A DNA stretch of 64,000 bases from Thermofilaceae archaeon (GTDB lineage Archaea; Thermoproteota; Thermoprotei; Thermofilales; Thermofilaceae). Both the position numbers and the translations under genes were made by a program. Each line of letters opens with the position of its first letter. Within the stretch, counting starts at the first letter, position 1. The DNA lies in NCBI GenBank assembly GCA_038861545.1, contig JAWCCZ010000002.1:160001-224000 (forward strand), written 5' to 3'. A model generated the notes under the pieces. That model had not been told where the DNA came from. It did not search any database and saw nothing but the letters and a program-made list of their open reading frames with translations. This document shows positions 18,700 to 28,584 of the stretch, piece by piece.

Positions 18700-19395
18700 G
18701 TGATGAGCTGGGAACAAGCTAAAGTGAACGCCGCTAAAGCTGCTTTAAGTGAAGTTGAGAAATGTAGTATCGTGGGCGTAGGTACAGGCTCAACTGTGGA
18801 AAAGTTCATCGAGCTATTAGTGAGCGAGTATTTTTCTAAAAACCAGTTTTACGTTCCATCGAGTATTGATACTGCTTTGAAGCTTTCTCAGCATGGCTTG
18901 TTGGTCCTCGATCCAGGATCCGCACCTGAAATCGAGATTTACATTGACGGGGCGGATGAAGTCGACCTTAAGTTGAATATGATTAAGGGGGGTGGAGCTG
19001 CGATGACCACGGAGAAGATTCTAGCGCACTATGCCCGTAAACGCGTATTCATTGTAGATCAAACCAAGCTTGTTAATAGGCTAGGTGAAAAGCATCCTGT
19101 TCCAATAGAAGTGCTACCACAAGCCCTTACAAGCGTTTTAAGAGAATTAGAAAAGCGGGGTTTCAGAGCTGTACCGCGTTTCCTAGGAAAGGGGAAAGCT
19201 GGTCCAGTGGTATCTGACACTGGTGGCATTATCATCGACGTGTACACTGATTCGATAAATGACCCGGAAAAGCTTAACTTAACGCTGAAAAGCTTACCTG
19301 GAGTTGTAGAAACTGGCTTATTCATTGGTTACGCCGATGTCGTGTACGTAGGATACCCTGAAGGGTATAGAGTATTCAGTAAAACTCAGCTTTAG
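18700..19395 (+). CDS. rpiA: Ribose-5-phosphate isomerase A
   Basis: GVGTGSTV, IDGADEVD, IKGGGAA, PGVVETGLF. Confidence 0.97.
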   Translation: MMSWEQAKVNAAKAALSEVEKCSIVGVGTGSTVEKFIELLVSEYFSKNQFYVPSSIDTALKLSQHGLLVLDPGSAPEIEIYIDGADEVDLKLNMIKGGGAAMTTEKILAHYARKRVFIVDQTKLVNRLGEKHPVPIEVLPQALTSVLRELEKRGFRAVPRFLGKGKAGPVVSDTGGIIIDVYTDSINDPEKLNLTLKSLPGVVETGLFIGYADVVYVGYPEGYRVFSKTQL

Positions 19396-19525
19396 CAACT
19401 ACGCCTTAACGGAGCCCGCTGGACGGTATTGTTACGGTAATACTATTGTAATACCCTTATCAATAAGTTAACTTTCGAGGTAGTACCCGTGTTTTCTTTA
19501 AAACCATTCTTGAGATCTATTCTCA

Positions 19526-19813
19526 ATGGCTAAAAGAAGATTTGTAACAGTCGAAGAATACGAGAAACGCATGCTATTCAAATTGCTTAAGGAAGCCGGC
19601 GTGGAGCCTATCCCAATAATCGAGAAATTCGTTGAGAAAAGAGACGAATACTGTGCCCGATTGATAAGCGAACTTACGCACATTGAACCGCATGTTGCGA
19701 TAAAAGTCGCGGGTAAACTACTTCAGTCGCCGAACCCGCTAGACAAGACTCTTGGGGCTTGGCTGGCAAGTAAGCATGTGGAAAACAAGCCTCCTAGCAC
19801 TCTTTACGCCTAG
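19526..19813 (+). CDS. Small hypothetical helical protein
   Basis: ATG about 25 nt after TTTAAAA; protein-like composition; no recognised family. Confidence 0.65.
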   Translation: MAKRRFVTVEEYEKRMLFKLLKEAGVEPIPIIEKFVEKRDEYCARLISELTHIEPHVAIKVAGKLLQSPNPLDKTLGAWLASKHVENKPPSTLYA

Positions 19814-19892
19814 CGATGATCGCCCTCCGAAACTTTTAACGCTCGAAGAAAACTAAGTACTGCTAAAGAATCCTCGACCGCCTTACAGTGAT

Positions 19893-20030
19893 TAGGATTC
19901 ATCGGTAAAGTCGTAGAGCTTCAGCAGCTTTAGTGTGGACTTCACAGCTTTGATTTTAACACTTAGTGCTCTAGCCAAGCTATGGTTCTAGCTTAGACCT
20001 TGTAAACTCTCATTCAAGAAAATTAAATTA
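19893..20030 (-). pseudogene. Possible remnant of a winged-helix regulator
   Basis: Minus-strand translation LIFLNESLQGLS*NHSLARALSVKIKAVKSTLKLLKLYDFTDES* looks like a HTH (LAxxLxV...VxxxLxxL). Confidence 0.3.
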
Positions 20031-20211
20031 ATGCTTTGAAACTTAACTGTTATTCCCTTCATTAAATAATTCAACAGTATTGAAAACAGCTTGTCAGTTA
20101 AGAAACTTTATAGAATAATTTATCTGGACTACTTATGTGGAAACGTTAAATCCACTGAAATAAACCACAGCTTTAGATACTCATATTCAGGAAAACCGCT
20201 AATGTTTTTAG

Positions 20212-22023
20212 CTATACAGAGGGGGCCAAGGGTTGAGCCGCAAGCGATTCCATCTGGATTCCATACAGTTTCGCGTATACTCCTCCTTTCTTTAGGAGCT
20301 CTTCATGTTTACCCTCTTCAACAACCCTACCTTCATCTACTACGATTATGTGGTCAGCTCTTACTATGGTTTGAAGCCTATGCGCTATTACGATCGTAGT
20401 CCTACCTTTAATTAATTTCTCTAATGCTTCCTGCAGCTTTGCCTCTGTGTACGGGTCCACGCTACTTGTCGCTTCATCTAAAACCAGTATAGTAGGTTTA
20501 GCGACGAACACCCTAAGAATGGATATAAGCTGTCTTTGTCCTACTGAGAGATTTTTGCCACCTTCAAGCACTGGTGTGTCAAGGCCCTGTGGCAGTGACT
20601 CTACAATGAATTCAAGACCTAAGTCCTTCACAGCTTGCTCCACATCCTCTCGTTTAGCCTTCGGGTTTGCTAGAAGTATATTATCAAGTACAGTGCCAGA
20701 CACAAGAAGCGGATCTTGTGGAACCATCACCATAGTGCTTCTCAGCACACCCAGCTTGTACTTCTGTGCATTTACACCATCAATTAATATTTCACCGCTC
20801 CACGGCTCGTAAAACCGGAGCAGTAAACTTACAATAGTCGTCTTGCCTGCACCAGTTGGACCAACAATAGCAGCGAACTCTCCGGACCTTACCTTAAAGC
20901 TGACATTTTTCAACACTGGCGAATTACTGTAGCCGAATACTACGTTCCTGAACTCCACCTCACCTCTTTGAGGTGGAGTTTCCAGTTCACCTTCCTCCCT
21001 TTCTGGTTCCCATTCTAAGAAGGTGAAGACTCTTTCCGTTGCCGCTAGTGTGGACTGTATAGTTGTCAGGAACATTACCAGCATTCGTATAGGCCTGAAG
21101 AATGAACTGAGGTAGCTGTAGAACGCCACTAAAGTTCCTACGCTCACTAAACCCGTTACCGCCAGGTTCCCACCGTACACAAGTATAGCTACTGTTCCTA
21201 GAGCTTCTATGAATGCCATAGCTGGGTTCATGGCAGAGGTTACAGCTTCTGCTTGTACATTTGCTCTAAGGTTTTCCTCGTTTACTCTCCTGAACTCCTC
21301 TACATTCCGGTTCCTTCTAAACGAGAAAGCTTGTACAACCGCAGCACCTGAAACATCTTGAGAAATTCTGCTCGTAACCTCGGCTATCTTCTTTCTTGTT
21401 TCCCTATACGCTCTCCTAGCCTGCTTAACTATTATAAAGTTGACCACGATGATTAGCGGTATAAGCGCGTAAGCCACTAAGCTCAGGTGTGGGCTTAGGC
21501 TCCACATCATCACCACAGCTCCACCTATCGTGATGACATCGGCTATCGTATTCAGCAATCCCATCGTAGCCATATTACCAATAGTATCTACATCATTCAT
21601 AATTCGTGAAGTAATTCTGCCAACAGGTTCCTGTGCTACCTTATCTAATCTCACTCTATGTAGATGCCGGTACATACCAGCCCTCAAATCATACATAACC
21701 CTACTAGCTAAGTAGGAGGAAGAGTAATCCCCCATGAAGTTCGTCGCTAGGTTTACCAAAGTTAAAGCAAGGAAAACAGCACTCCAATAAGCTAAAGTTG
21801 CAATATCTCCTCCAATAGCACTGTCTATAAGGAACTTCGTGATGAAAGGTGTCGCTATTGAAAACCCTATTCTAGCGAATATTGATGTAGCTGTTAAAAC
21901 GAAGTGTAGTTTATACTTAAACGACAGCCCGATCAGTTTAGCCAGTAGAACTCTATCAGGATATTTTCGAGCAACTTTCTCCTCGTCTACCCTGAAAAAG
22001 AAGAATGGAGGTGGACCACCCAT
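20212..22023 (-). CDS. Heterodimeric ABC exporter subunit (TM288/TmrA-like; TMD+NBD)
   Basis: 6-TM domain, GPTGAGKTT, degenerate signature LSVGQRQ, canonical LDEATSSVD and IAHR. Confidence 0.95.
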   Translation of the reverse strand: MGGPPPFFFFRVDEEKVARKYPDRVLLAKLIGLSFKYKLHFVLTATSIFARIGFSIATPFITKFLIDSAIGGDIATLAYWSAVFLALTLVNLATNFMGDYSSSYLASRVMYDLRAGMYRHLHRVRLDKVAQEPVGRITSRIMNDVDTIGNMATMGLLNTIADVITIGGAVVMMWSLSPHLSLVAYALIPLIIVVNFIIVKQARRAYRETRKKIAEVTSRISQDVSGAAVVQAFSFRRNRNVEEFRRVNEENLRANVQAEAVTSAMNPAMAFIEALGTVAILVYGGNLAVTGLVSVGTLVAFYSYLSSFFRPIRMLVMFLTTIQSTLAATERVFTFLEWEPEREEGELETPPQRGEVEFRNVVFGYSNSPVLKNVSFKVRSGEFAAIVGPTGAGKTTIVSLLLRFYEPWSGEILIDGVNAQKYKLGVLRSTMVMVPQDPLLVSGTVLDNILLANPKAKREDVEQAVKDLGLEFIVESLPQGLDTPVLEGGKNLSVGQRQLISILRVFVAKPTILVLDEATSSVDPYTEAKLQEALEKLIKGRTTIVIAHRLQTIVRADHIIVVDEGRVVEEGKHEELLKKGGVYAKLYGIQMESLAAQPLAPSV

Positions 22024-22025
22024 GT

Positions 22026-23771
22026 TTACATCACCTCTGCAACTGGGGCCTCAGCTACTAGCACGCCGACCAGTTTAGCGTAAATGCCTCCCCTCCGCAT
22101 CAGCTCATCATGAGTCCCCTCCTCAACAACTTTGCCATCATCTAAAACTATTATTCGGTCGGCGAGCCTCATCGTACTAGGTCTCTGAGTAATCAAAACT
22201 ATAGTCTTACCCTTAAAGTGCTCTGTAATGGCTTCGTAAATCGCTTTTTCAGTTTCTGCGTCTACACTAGACATCGAGTCATCCAAAATAATTATTTTAG
22301 GGTCTATAAGCAACGTACGGGCAATAGCGAGCCTCTGCCTTTGCCCACCGGAAACAGTCACCCCCCTCTCCCCAATAGGGGTATCATAACCTTGAGGAAG
22401 ACCAGCGACAAAATCGTGGAGCTTCGCTAACTTAGCCGCTCTAACAATATCCTCTTGTGTCGCATCCGGTTTTCCATACGCAATATTATTCCTTATAGTG
22501 TCCGGAAACACGTATATGTCTTGGTGGACAATCCCAATTTGCCTCCGAAGTGAATCCAATTTCACCTTCTTTATATTAATTCCATCTATTAGGATAGATC
22601 CCTTCTGTGGATCATAAAACCTTGGAATTAGTTGCACAAGCGTGCTCTTTCCACTTCCAGCTGGACCAACAATTGCGACAACTTCGCCCGGTTTCACCCT
22701 GAGGCTCACTCCTTTCAGCACCCATTTCTCATTATCATAGCTAAACCAGACATCCTTAAGCTCAACTTCACCCCTTGTAACTTCCAAAGGTATAGCGTCT
22801 TCCGCCTCCCTAACCTCTGGCTCAATGTCCAATATTTCGAAAACCCTAGAGGCGGCCGATAAACCGTACGCGTAATTCACGGTGAAAAACCCCAATGCGA
22901 TAAATGGCCATATAACCATGCTAGCATACATAGCCATTGCAACAAGATTTCCGACGGTTAAAGAATTGGACGCAACCATGCCTCCACCAATCCAGAAAAC
23001 AATTAATCCGCTGAGGCTTGCAATAAAGCCAACGAAAGGCCAAGTAGAAGCCCTTAACTTCGCCCCTTTAAGCGAAAGCTGAAGGTGTTGATCGCTTAAC
23101 GTTATGAAACGCTCCCATAGCAGGGGAAAAGCATTCAATGCTCGTACAACCTTTAATCCACTTGCCACCTCGGTGACGTGTGATGTCATTTTCCCATAAA
23201 GCTCTCTCGATGAATCAAAGATAGGCCTAATTTGTCTTGCAAAACGTCTTACAAGTAGAAATATCACCGGCAAAGGAATAATCGAGTAGAATGTTAAGGT
23301 TGGGCTAATAGTCACCATGAAGTATAGTGCTGCTGCAAGCGTGAAAAGGGCACCAGTTAAGCCGGTAAAAGCCATACGAATGAAACCCGTAACTACGTCA
23401 ATATCTCCTGTGGCTCGCGCAACAAGCTGTCCAGTATCCACTCGTTTGTAGAAACCTAGAGTTAACTCTTGGAGACGTCTGTAAACATCATTCCTTAAGT
23501 CGAAAGCAATCTTCTGAGAAAGATACTGGGCGCTTAAGTTAGTTGCATAGTTAAGGAAACCTTGAACTAAGATTAACGCGATGATTGGTAAGGCTAACAA
23601 AAAGATATTTCCAGGTTGCCCGTAGATTAATGCGTTTATAACTTCACCGGCTAAGGTTGGCGTATACATTCCTGTGAAGGAACCAGTCAGGGAAAACGCA
23701 ACCGCAAGGACAGCTAGCTTCCACTGTCTACCCGCGTACGATAACAGTCTCCTTCCGTTTCTCGAGCTCAT
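22026..23771 (-). CDS. Heterodimeric ABC exporter subunit (TM287/TmrB-like; degenerate site)
   Basis: GPAGSGKST, VSGGQRQR, Walker B ILDD (E to D), switch ITQR (H to Q). Confidence 0.95.
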   Translation of the reverse strand: MSSRNGRRLLSYAGRQWKLAVLAVAFSLTGSFTGMYTPTLAGEVINALIYGQPGNIFLLALPIIALILVQGFLNYATNLSAQYLSQKIAFDLRNDVYRRLQELTLGFYKRVDTGQLVARATGDIDVVTGFIRMAFTGLTGALFTLAAALYFMVTISPTLTFYSIIPLPVIFLLVRRFARQIRPIFDSSRELYGKMTSHVTEVASGLKVVRALNAFPLLWERFITLSDQHLQLSLKGAKLRASTWPFVGFIASLSGLIVFWIGGGMVASNSLTVGNLVAMAMYASMVIWPFIALGFFTVNYAYGLSAASRVFEILDIEPEVREAEDAIPLEVTRGEVELKDVWFSYDNEKWVLKGVSLRVKPGEVVAIVGPAGSGKSTLVQLIPRFYDPQKGSILIDGINIKKVKLDSLRRQIGIVHQDIYVFPDTIRNNIAYGKPDATQEDIVRAAKLAKLHDFVAGLPQGYDTPIGERGVTVSGGQRQRLAIARTLLIDPKIIILDDSMSSVDAETEKAIYEAITEHFKGKTIVLITQRPSTMRLADRIIVLDDGKVVEEGTHDELMRRGGIYAKLVGVLVAEAPVAEVM

Positions 23772-24170
23772 GCTACACCACCGTGTAGCGTCACAAATGT
23801 ACCTCTAATAAGGTTTCCTATACCGCTGAAAAAATTAATTAAAACGCATAAAACTCCAACCCTTGTAATAGCCGGGGTAATTTTCATACTGTTCCCTCAC
23901 TTACCTAATATAGTAACTTATTTTAATATTTTTCTATTTAGGATCTTGAAAACATCTAGTAATGCGTATATAAAACCTGGGAAAAACAATTCAGCCTTTT
24001 AGCAACTGTTCTACAGTAAAATGATCGAAATTTTTATGCTCAGGCATTAACTTAAAACTACCTGAAAAAGCTTAATTATAAATATGCTAAACATTCATTA
24101 TAAGTACTTTTTAATGAAAATCATTTTAAAGGACACACCAAGTGGCTTAGAAAAAGTTTATAAGTAAATA

Positions 24171-26375
24171 GTGCTCAAAGGGTCGATGCAAAATAAGCAA
24201 GCCTCTGGTTCGAAAAGCGGAAAAGGGAAAACTCTCTACCTATTAATTGCTGTTGTAGCAATTATCGTAGTAGGAGCTTTAATGTTCTGGTTCTTAAGTG
24301 CACCACCAAGAGAACAGCCCTCGGAGGAGAAACCTCCAACTGAACCATCTGCCCCTTCGAAAACTTTCCATAAGCAAGTTCTCTACATAATTGTAAATGA
24401 TGAAGGCACGAGAATAAACATGTATAAAACAGGCGTGTTCGATATTGGAGTTGTAACGCCTGCACGATGGCCTGATGTTAATAATACTCCGGTTAACGAA
24501 TTTTCACTTAGACTTGTACGTAGACCAGATAGGCCTGGGCTTACCATACAGTATATTTGTCTCAACCCAGAACGAGAACCATTAAACAACGTGAACGTAA
24601 GGCGTGCACTGGCATATGCGACGCCTTACGAGATAATTCTGAATCAAGTTTTCAACAAGCTGTACACTCAATTGCACACAATAGTTCCTAAGGGCGTTCC
24701 AGGGTACACCGAATTTGGGATCGAAAAGTTTGAGTATAATGTTACGAAGGCAAGCGAGATAATTGCTAAGCTGAAAGCTGAGACCGGCTTTGATCCAAGC
24801 AAGTACGTGATTACAATCATCTATAATGAGGGTAATACCGCGCGTCAGCAAATCGCTAGCCTGCTTCAACAATCATGGGGCCAACTCGGCTTCAAAGTAA
24901 ATGTTGAAGCCTACTCTTGGCCGAAATACCTTGACCTTTTTGATCACTTCCAGTACGATGTAGCGTTACTCGGATGGATACCCGATTACCTCGACGCTGA
25001 CAACTACCTGATGCCCTTCGTATACGGTGGTGCCGAATTCAGTGAAATCGAATACCACGCTAACGTGGCGGCAGAAGATGTAGGCAACTATGTATCTTCG
25101 ATAGAAAGTATAATAGAGGTGGAAGACTACACAGTAATTGTTGGCCCGAAAGGTACTGGTGCTAGCTACACCGGACCCACAGCTAAGCCGTTAATTATAA
25201 TAAACTATGTAGTGGACTGGGATACTACTAATGCAAACTGGAAAAATCCGATTAGTATGGTTACGCTGGGCGCTGGTGGGTTAAAAGATATAACGTTAAG
25301 CGCCTTGTGCAGGGCTTCGCAGAGGATTATTGAAAGCAGTGTGAGGAAAGCCGTTATCCAGGCTGCTGTGATTACGTTTAACCGGGCGGTATCAATGATT
25401 TTAATGGGGCAAAACATAATAGGAGAAAACTTCGGTACATGGGTCTACGGTATGTATTACCCGTTATCAACTTTTGCTCGCTATGATCTTGTATGGGAAA
25501 ACGCAAGCGCGCCTGTAATCGATACTGGTGTGTTGGATGTTAAAAATGACCCTGAAACAATGGTTATAGGCACTATTGGTTGGCCTGATACATTTGATCC
25601 TGCTAAGTCATATGAATCATTTGGCTGGGAGATTTTCTGGCATGTTTACGGGCGGCTTGTAACACTGTGGAAGGAAGATACTGAACCTATACCTGAGTTA
25701 GCAGTTGCCTGGGCTTTCAGCAAAGACGGGACTGATTTGTACTTCGTTATGCGGGGTGATGTACTGGCATACGACCCATGGAATGGTAAAACGTATCCAA
25801 TTACCGCGGTTGACGCCCTCTTCAGCGTTTGGCGAGCGGTAAGGGCAAACTTACCCGGCGGACCTCAGTGGATGATTGACAGTTTCATCGACGTTAACTC
25901 ATCGTCCGTACTAACAGAGAACGAACTCGACTCGATAGCTAAAACTGAAGGCTTAATAGCGGAATTTAAAGGTAAGACAGCTGAAGTGAAAAGCTTTTCT
26001 GAGCTTTTGAACTTCTTCGGCTACTCCGGTAAAACAGCTGGAGTAGTAAAATTCAAAATGTGGTTCCCCTATGCACCGATCCTTCAAATATTCGTTACAG
26101 GCGTGGGCTCGGTTTTTCCAATGGAGTATGCACTGGGAGACCAATACCAAGCAGCGCTTGGAGATTCGAATAATGGTAAGATACCGGCTGCATGGGCAAA
26201 TTACATTCAACCCGGGCAGGAGGATCCGGTGTTCCTATTATTATCGACGAAACCTGTGTCGACTGGACCCTACTACGTGGCTGACTATAAAGAGGATAGC
26301 TACGTGCTTCTAAAGTTCAACCCCTACTACTGGAACACAACCTTATGGCAAGAGCTATACAGTTTCAAACCATAA
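24171..26375 (+). CDS. Peptide ABC transporter substrate-binding protein (family 5), circularly permuted; start probably ATG 24186
   Basis: N-terminal anchor and Pro/Ser linker; VRRALAYA, YNEGNTARQ, GWIPDYLDADNY in the first half; PDTFDPA and TGPY...KFNPYYW in the second half. Confidence 0.92.
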   Translation: MLKGSMQNKQASGSKSGKGKTLYLLIAVVAIIVVGALMFWFLSAPPREQPSEEKPPTEPSAPSKTFHKQVLYIIVNDEGTRINMYKTGVFDIGVVTPARWPDVNNTPVNEFSLRLVRRPDRPGLTIQYICLNPEREPLNNVNVRRALAYATPYEIILNQVFNKLYTQLHTIVPKGVPGYTEFGIEKFEYNVTKASEIIAKLKAETGFDPSKYVITIIYNEGNTARQQIASLLQQSWGQLGFKVNVEAYSWPKYLDLFDHFQYDVALLGWIPDYLDADNYLMPFVYGGAEFSEIEYHANVAAEDVGNYVSSIESIIEVEDYTVIVGPKGTGASYTGPTAKPLIIINYVVDWDTTNANWKNPISMVTLGAGGLKDITLSALCRASQRIIESSVRKAVIQAAVITFNRAVSMILMGQNIIGENFGTWVYGMYYPLSTFARYDLVWENASAPVIDTGVLDVKNDPETMVIGTIGWPDTFDPAKSYESFGWEIFWHVYGRLVTLWKEDTEPIPELAVAWAFSKDGTDLYFVMRGDVLAYDPWNGKTYPITAVDALFSVWRAVRANLPGGPQWMIDSFIDVNSSSVLTENELDSIAKTEGLIAEFKGKTAEVKSFSELLNFFGYSGKTAGVVKFKMWFPYAPILQIFVTGVGSVFPMEYALGDQYQAALGDSNNGKIPAAWANYIQPGQEDPVFLLLSTKPVSTGPYYVADYKEDSYVLLKFNPYYWNTTLWQELYSFKP

Positions 26376-26391
26376 TTCTCAATTCCTTTTT

Positions 26392-27465
26392 TTGAGGTGT
26401 TTGTTTTTGGGGCTAGTAAGTTACCTAGTTAGAAGGATGCTAACCCTAGTACCTAGCATTATAGGTGCTCTTCTGATAACTTACCTCATAGCTTACGTTA
26501 TACCGACGGATCCCGTAAGAGCATGGGTTGGAGAGAAACTAATGGACCCCTCAACCCTGGAGAGGTTGAAGAACGAGTATAAGTTCAATGCCCCATGGTA
26601 TGAGCAGTTCGCTTTCTTGATTCAGAAACTTTTCACCGGTACACTAATCGACCCCACTAAGGGCGTCCCTGTTGTTCAGCAGGTTTCAGAAAAGTTCCCG
26701 ATCACAGTAGAGTTGGCTATTTTCGGATTCATATTCACCATAGCCATTGGTATACCCCTAGGTATAGTAGCAGCAGCTAAGAAGGATAGTTTAGTCGACC
26801 TGTTTGTTAGGGTATTTGCCCTTTTTGGGGGTTCAATCCCATCTTTCGTGCTATACTACTTCTTAATACTTACTTTTTACGTTTATGCTCGAGCGTCACT
26901 TATGGCTGGAGTACCGACTGTAAGCTCAGCGTGTATAGCGGAATTAAACGGTATTAAGGATGCAATACCCGTGCTCGGTTTGCTTATCTGGTCTATCGGG
27001 CAAGTACCCATGTTCGGTGGATCTATTTGCGGTGAATTCAACATTCTATCGAGCACTTTTATACGTATGTGGCTTCCAGGACTCGCTCTAGGCCTCCTTT
27101 CAGGCGGGTTTATAGCCAGAGTGGTAAGAAACAGTTTGCTGGATGCTCTCAGCTCTGATTCCATTTTGTTTGCTAAAGCGAGAGGGTTGAGAGAGGGTAG
27201 AATATGGCGTCATGCTCTTAAAAATGCATTCGCGCCGATAACCACTATCTTAGGGCTAAACTTCGCCGGCCTTCTTACTGGTGCAATTATTGCCGAGAAT
27301 GTGTTCAATATACCAGGGGTAGGTAGGTACATGTACCAAGGAATCAGCAGGCTCAACTTCCCGGTTATCATCGCAGGAACATTCCTTTATGCCATAGTGT
27401 ACATAGTCATGAATCTAATAGTGGATCTTGTTTACGCGTTGGTGGATCCGAGGGTGAGATACTAA
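26392..27465 (+). CDS. dppB: Peptide ABC permease DppB/OppB (start probably TTG 26407)
   Basis: YLVRRML, FPITVELA, FAKARGL, HALKNA, ENVFNIPGVG, VDLVYALVDPRVRY. Confidence 0.95.
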   Translation: MRCLFLGLVSYLVRRMLTLVPSIIGALLITYLIAYVIPTDPVRAWVGEKLMDPSTLERLKNEYKFNAPWYEQFAFLIQKLFTGTLIDPTKGVPVVQQVSEKFPITVELAIFGFIFTIAIGIPLGIVAAAKKDSLVDLFVRVFALFGGSIPSFVLYYFLILTFYVYARASLMAGVPTVSSACIAELNGIKDAIPVLGLLIWSIGQVPMFGGSICGEFNILSSTFIRMWLPGLALGLLSGGFIARVVRNSLLDALSSDSILFAKARGLREGRIWRHALKNAFAPITTILGLNFAGLLTGAIIAENVFNIPGVGRYMYQGISRLNFPVIIAGTFLYAIVYIVMNLIVDLVYALVDPRVRY

Positions 27466-27468
27466 CCG

Positions 27469-28584
27469 GTGAACTGTATGAGTGTTCTCTATAACCTGTT
27501 CAGTCGCATAGTAGATTACTACGCTAAACTACGCGACGAAGTGAGCTCAGGCTGGCTGGAGAAAAACAGATCCAAGTTACTTGAAACTAAGCTTTCACTC
27601 TTCGTTTTCACTTCCTCGAAGGTAGGGGTCACGGGGATAATCCTCATTTCTGTTACGCTATTTTTAGCGATCTTTGGCCCCTTCATAGCTTGGGAGCCTT
27701 ATGAGCGTTACCCGCTACTCCTGCGGCCGGAGCTAGCTGGCAAGCTGCCATACCCGCCATGCGTCGGCCAGTGCGATGGACTTCCTTTATGGGGAACGGA
27801 TCACTACGGGCGAGACGTCCTATCGTTAACTATTAGGGGTTTCAGAATATCGCTAGTTATGAGCGTTACAATAGTCGCCTTTAGTGCCATACTTGGCATT
27901 GTGCTGGGGCTTATCTCAGGCTACTTCGGGGGTATCCTCGACGAAATTATCATGAGATTTACTGATATGATGCTAGCTTTCCCGGGGCTTGTATTGGCAA
28001 TCGCGTTCAGCCTTACGCTGAGGCTATCCCTGCGAAACTTTATGATGTCAAACCCGACGTTCACTGGTTTTGTGGCTGCTATCTTCGCCTTAGATCCGAG
28101 CGATGCTCCTAATCTAGCCAACATGCTTTCCGTGTTCTTTGCCTTAATACTCGTCTGGTGGCCGCCTTACACACGGGTTGTTCGAGGCTCTGTGCTTACA
28201 GTTAGAGATCAAGGATTCGTTGAGGCTGCTAGAGCATTAGGACTTTCGACTAGAAAGGTGCTTTTCAGACACGTATTACCGAATATTGCTTCTCCCCTTA
28301 TGGTGATGTTGACCTTCGACTTAGCCACAGCAACGCTCTCTTCGGCGGCTCTATCATTCTTAGGACTAGGCCCTCAACCGCCGATTCCCGACTTAGGTCT
28401 TATAATATCGCAGGCTGGACAGTACTTCCCCGAAAGAAGCTGGTGGATAGTCCTCGAAGCTGGCGTAGCTTTACTACTTATATCGCTCGGCTGGAACCTA
28501 GTTGGCGACGCGCTGAGAGACGTGTTCGATCCTCGAACTAGAAGGTCAATTGAGTTGAAGGCTAAACTGAAGGTGGGAGCGTGA
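27469..28584 (+). CDS. dppC: Peptide ABC permease DppC/OppC
   Basis: WGTDHYGRD, FVEAARALG, RHVLPN, LSFLGLG, GDALRDVFDPR. Confidence 0.95.
   Translation: MNCMSVLYNLFSRIVDYYAKLRDEVSSGWLEKNRSKLLETKLSLFVFTSSKVGVTGIILISVTLFLAIFGPFIAWEPYERYPLLLRPELAGKLPYPPCVGQCDGLPLWGTDHYGRDVLSLTIRGFRISLVMSVTIVAFSAILGIVLGLISGYFGGILDEIIMRFTDMMLAFPGLVLAIAFSLTLRLSLRNFMMSNPTFTGFVAAIFALDPSDAPNLANMLSVFFALILVWWPPYTRVVRGSVLTVRDQGFVEAARALGLSTRKVLFRHVLPNIASPLMVMLTFDLATATLSSAALSFLGLGPQPPIPDLGLIISQAGQYFPERSWWIVLEAGVALLLISLGWNLVGDALRDVFDPRTRRSIELKAKLKVGA

Noticed and set aside
20212-23771. Degenerate Walker B, switch and signature motifs as signs of inactivation
   Set aside because: This is the normal asymmetric pattern of TM287/288-type heterodimeric exporters.
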